From: Candidatus Margulisiibacteriota bacterium
GTDB lineage: Bacteria; Margulisbacteria; WOR-1; O2-12-FULL-45-9; XYB2-FULL-48-7
Reading direction: 5' to 3'
DNA length: 57,870 bases
Assembly: GCA_041658645.1 (NCBI GenBank)
Contig: JBAZZV010000010.1
Coordinates: 1-57,870, forward strand
A program made the position numbers and the translations under genes. Positions 56,078-57,870 of this stretch are shown here, piece by piece. The first letter of the stretch is position 1, and each line of letters starts with the position of its first letter. The notes under the pieces were generated by a model. That model ran no database searches. It saw only the letters and a list, made by a program, of their open reading frames with translations, and was not told the DNA's origin.

Positions 56078-56541
56078 TAAGCTTGCGCCATCCTTTGCTT
56101 GAAAGCTTTGAGCTTTTCTTTTAACTCGGGATACTTCAGCGCCAGGATCTCGGCCGCCAGGATGGCCGCGTTCTTCGCCCCGTCGATCGCCACACTCGCC
56201 ACCGGCACGCCGGGCGGCATCTGGACGATCGAAAAGAGAGCGTCATGGCCGGAGAGGGCCTCGGTATGAACGGGAATGCCGATGACCGGGAGGATAGTCT
56301 GGGCGGCGACTACGCCGGGGAGAGCGGCCGACATGCCGGCCGCCGCAATGATCAAGTCATAATTGTTTTCCGCTTCGCGGGCGAACTTTTCGACCGCCTG
56401 GGGGGTGCGGTGGGCGGAAGCGACAACGACCTCATAGCCGATCCCAAACTCCTTGAGCTGGGCTTCCGTTTTGGCCAGAAGCCCGAGATCGGACTGGCTA
56501 CCGCAGATGATCCCAACTTTCGGATTTCTGATTTCGGACAT
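56077..56541 (-). CDS. purE: N5-carboxyaminoimidazole ribonucleotide mutase
   Basis: VGIICGSQSDL...AAGMSAALPGVVAAQT. Confidence 0.9.
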   Translation of the reverse strand: MSEIRNPKVGIICGSQSDLGLLAKTEAQLKEFGIGYEVVVASAHRTPQAVEKFAREAENNYDLIIAAAGMSAALPGVVAAQTILPVIGIPVHTEALSGHDALFSIVQMPPGVPVASVAIDGAKNAAILAAEILALKYPELKEKLKAFKQRMAQA

Positions 56542-56553
56542 TCGGATTTTCTC

Positions 56554-57786
56554 CTATGGCGTGACGGTCATGATCTGGCGGGCCTGCTCCGGGTATTTCG
56601 CCACGAAGAGGAGCTCCGCCCGGGTCAACGGTTTCTGGGTATGGACATTAGCATAACGGACCAGTTCGAGTATCCGCTCCGCTTCCTGGTCGTCCTTGAA
56701 CTCAACCTCGATCTTGCCGAAAACGTTGCGGAAACCTTTAATGCCGGAGTATTCCCCGACGGTGATCATCCGGCCGGTCTCAACCAGCTCCGGTTCACCG
56801 CGGCCTAGCTCTTCGTATTCGTAGAGCTCATAATTGCGGCGGTCCTTCAGCGCCCCGTCGGCATGGATCCCCGACTCATGGGCGAAAGCGTTGGCGCCGA
56901 CCCCGACCTGGTTGACCGCGATCGGGATCCGGAAGGCGTAGGAAGCGTAATTGGCGATCTGCCACGCCTTATCCAGCTTGATCTCGGCTGGCATCAGATT
57001 TTTACCGCGCAGGCCGCTGCTGTATTTAAGCGCCAGCAGCACAGAGAGAAGATCGGCGTTCCCGGCCCGCTCCCCAACCCCGTTGACCGTGGTATTGATG
57101 TAGGCATCCTGGCCGCCGTCGAGCACCCCTTTGGCCCCCAGGACCGAGCAGGCGACCGCCATCCCGATATCGTTGTGGCAGTGGAGCTCGATCGGCAGCT
57201 TGATCTGCTCGGCCAATATCTTCAACCGTTCGTAGATCGTCTGCGGATCGTCCGCGCCCAGGGTGTCGCAATAGCGCAAGCGCTTGGCCCCGTGTTCCTT
57301 GGCAGCCAGACCGTATTTGACCAAATAATCGATCTCCGTGCGGGAAGCGTCTTCGGCGTTGACCCCGACGGTCTCGGCCCCCAGTTTATAAGCGGTGTCG
57401 ACTGCGGCGGTCATGCTGGAAATGATCGTGTCTTCCGTCATCTTCCCCATGAATTTATTCTCGAGCATGATGTTCGAGGTCGAGATCGAAAGATTGAGAT
57501 GCCTGATCTTGGGCGTCAGCTTGAAAGAGAGCTCAACATCCTTCTTGAGCGCCCGGGCCCAACCTTCCAAGCGGATCGGGGCAAGCGCCCCCAGGGCGGC
57601 CAACTCGAGGTTGGCATTGAGGTAATTGGTCTCATGATGGGTGAAAGGAAAACCGAATTCAGATTGGAATATCCCCATTTCGTTCAGGTACATATTGATG
57701 ATGGTTTTTTCCAGCTTAGCCAGGCCGATGCGCGAGGTCTGCACTCCGTCCCGGTTAGTAACGTCAATAATATGGATTTTTGGCAT
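56554..57786 (-). CDS. LeuA/CimA/NifV-family synthase (citramalate, homocitrate or 2-isopropylmalate synthase)
   Basis: MPKIHIIDVTNRDGVQ..., HCHNDIGMAVA, HESGIH. GGGGGAG RBS. The track start at 57822 has no RBS. Confidence 0.75.
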   Translation of the reverse strand: MPKIHIIDVTNRDGVQTSRIGLAKLEKTIINMYLNEMGIFQSEFGFPFTHHETNYLNANLELAALGALAPIRLEGWARALKKDVELSFKLTPKIRHLNLSISTSNIMLENKFMGKMTEDTIISSMTAAVDTAYKLGAETVGVNAEDASRTEIDYLVKYGLAAKEHGAKRLRYCDTLGADDPQTIYERLKILAEQIKLPIELHCHNDIGMAVACSVLGAKGVLDGGQDAYINTTVNGVGERAGNADLLSVLLALKYSSGLRGKNLMPAEIKLDKAWQIANYASYAFRIPIAVNQVGVGANAFAHESGIHADGALKDRRNYELYEYEELGRGEPELVETGRMITVGEYSGIKGFRNVFGKIEVEFKDDQEAERILELVRYANVHTQKPLTRAELLFVAKYPEQARQIMTVTP

Positions 57787-57870
57787 GTAACTGCACTCCC
57801 CCTTCCCGCCAAAGGCGGACACGGAGCTTAAATTATAGCGTAAATTAGGCGGTTCGACAACTTGGCTATT

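Overview
This 57.9 kb window is from a high-GC bacterium that I cannot place taxonomically. The S16-KH-YlqD-TrmD-L19-LepB-RNaseHII order looks Firmicutes-like, but the window also carries prepilin-type pseudopilins and an archaeal-type phosphoglycerate mutase. Most of it is housekeeping DNA: DUF1015 and maf; comM, yraN and hup; the rpsP-trmD-rplS operon; aroC; ilvD-ilvB-ilvN with ilvC nearby; ppiB; dedA; dxr-thrS-infC-rpmI-rplT; panC; topA; mutL; and, on the right flank, rlmD, aroA, tyrA, apgM, purE and a LeuA/CimA-family synthase. Between mutL (starts at 32133) and rlmD (starts at 50365) lies an approximately 18 kb segment that is visibly AT-richer and almost entirely minus-strand. It is a complete gas-vesicle (gvp) cluster: gvpA, two GvpC-like 33-residue-repeat proteins, gvpN, four GvpF/L paralogs, gvpG, gvpO, gvpK, three further GvpA-family (J/M/S-like) genes and an Hsp20/GvpH-like gene. 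Interleaved with these are genes not expected in gvp loci. They are an actin/Hsp70-fold ATPase next to a winged-helix protein, a GvpF paralog fused to a J-domain, two DnaJ-type CxxCxGxG zinc-finger proteins, a Cdc48/VAT-like double AAA+ ATPase and a double zinc-ribbon protein. I read this as a gas-vesicle island with a dedicated chaperone/unfoldase (or cytoskeletal) module, which I believe is undescribed. The island also has a family of hairpin repeats at its operon junctions and two very long poly-G tracts (about 33 and 28 G) at its right edge. The poly-G tracts may be assembly artefacts. Elsewhere there are a tandem array of degraded ORF6N gene copies built around a 13-1-13 palindrome, an orphan four-gene pseudopilin operon, and an infC with a non-AUG (ATT) start. 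All coordinates I derived by hand, such as starts, hairpins and repeats, may be off by 1-3 nt.
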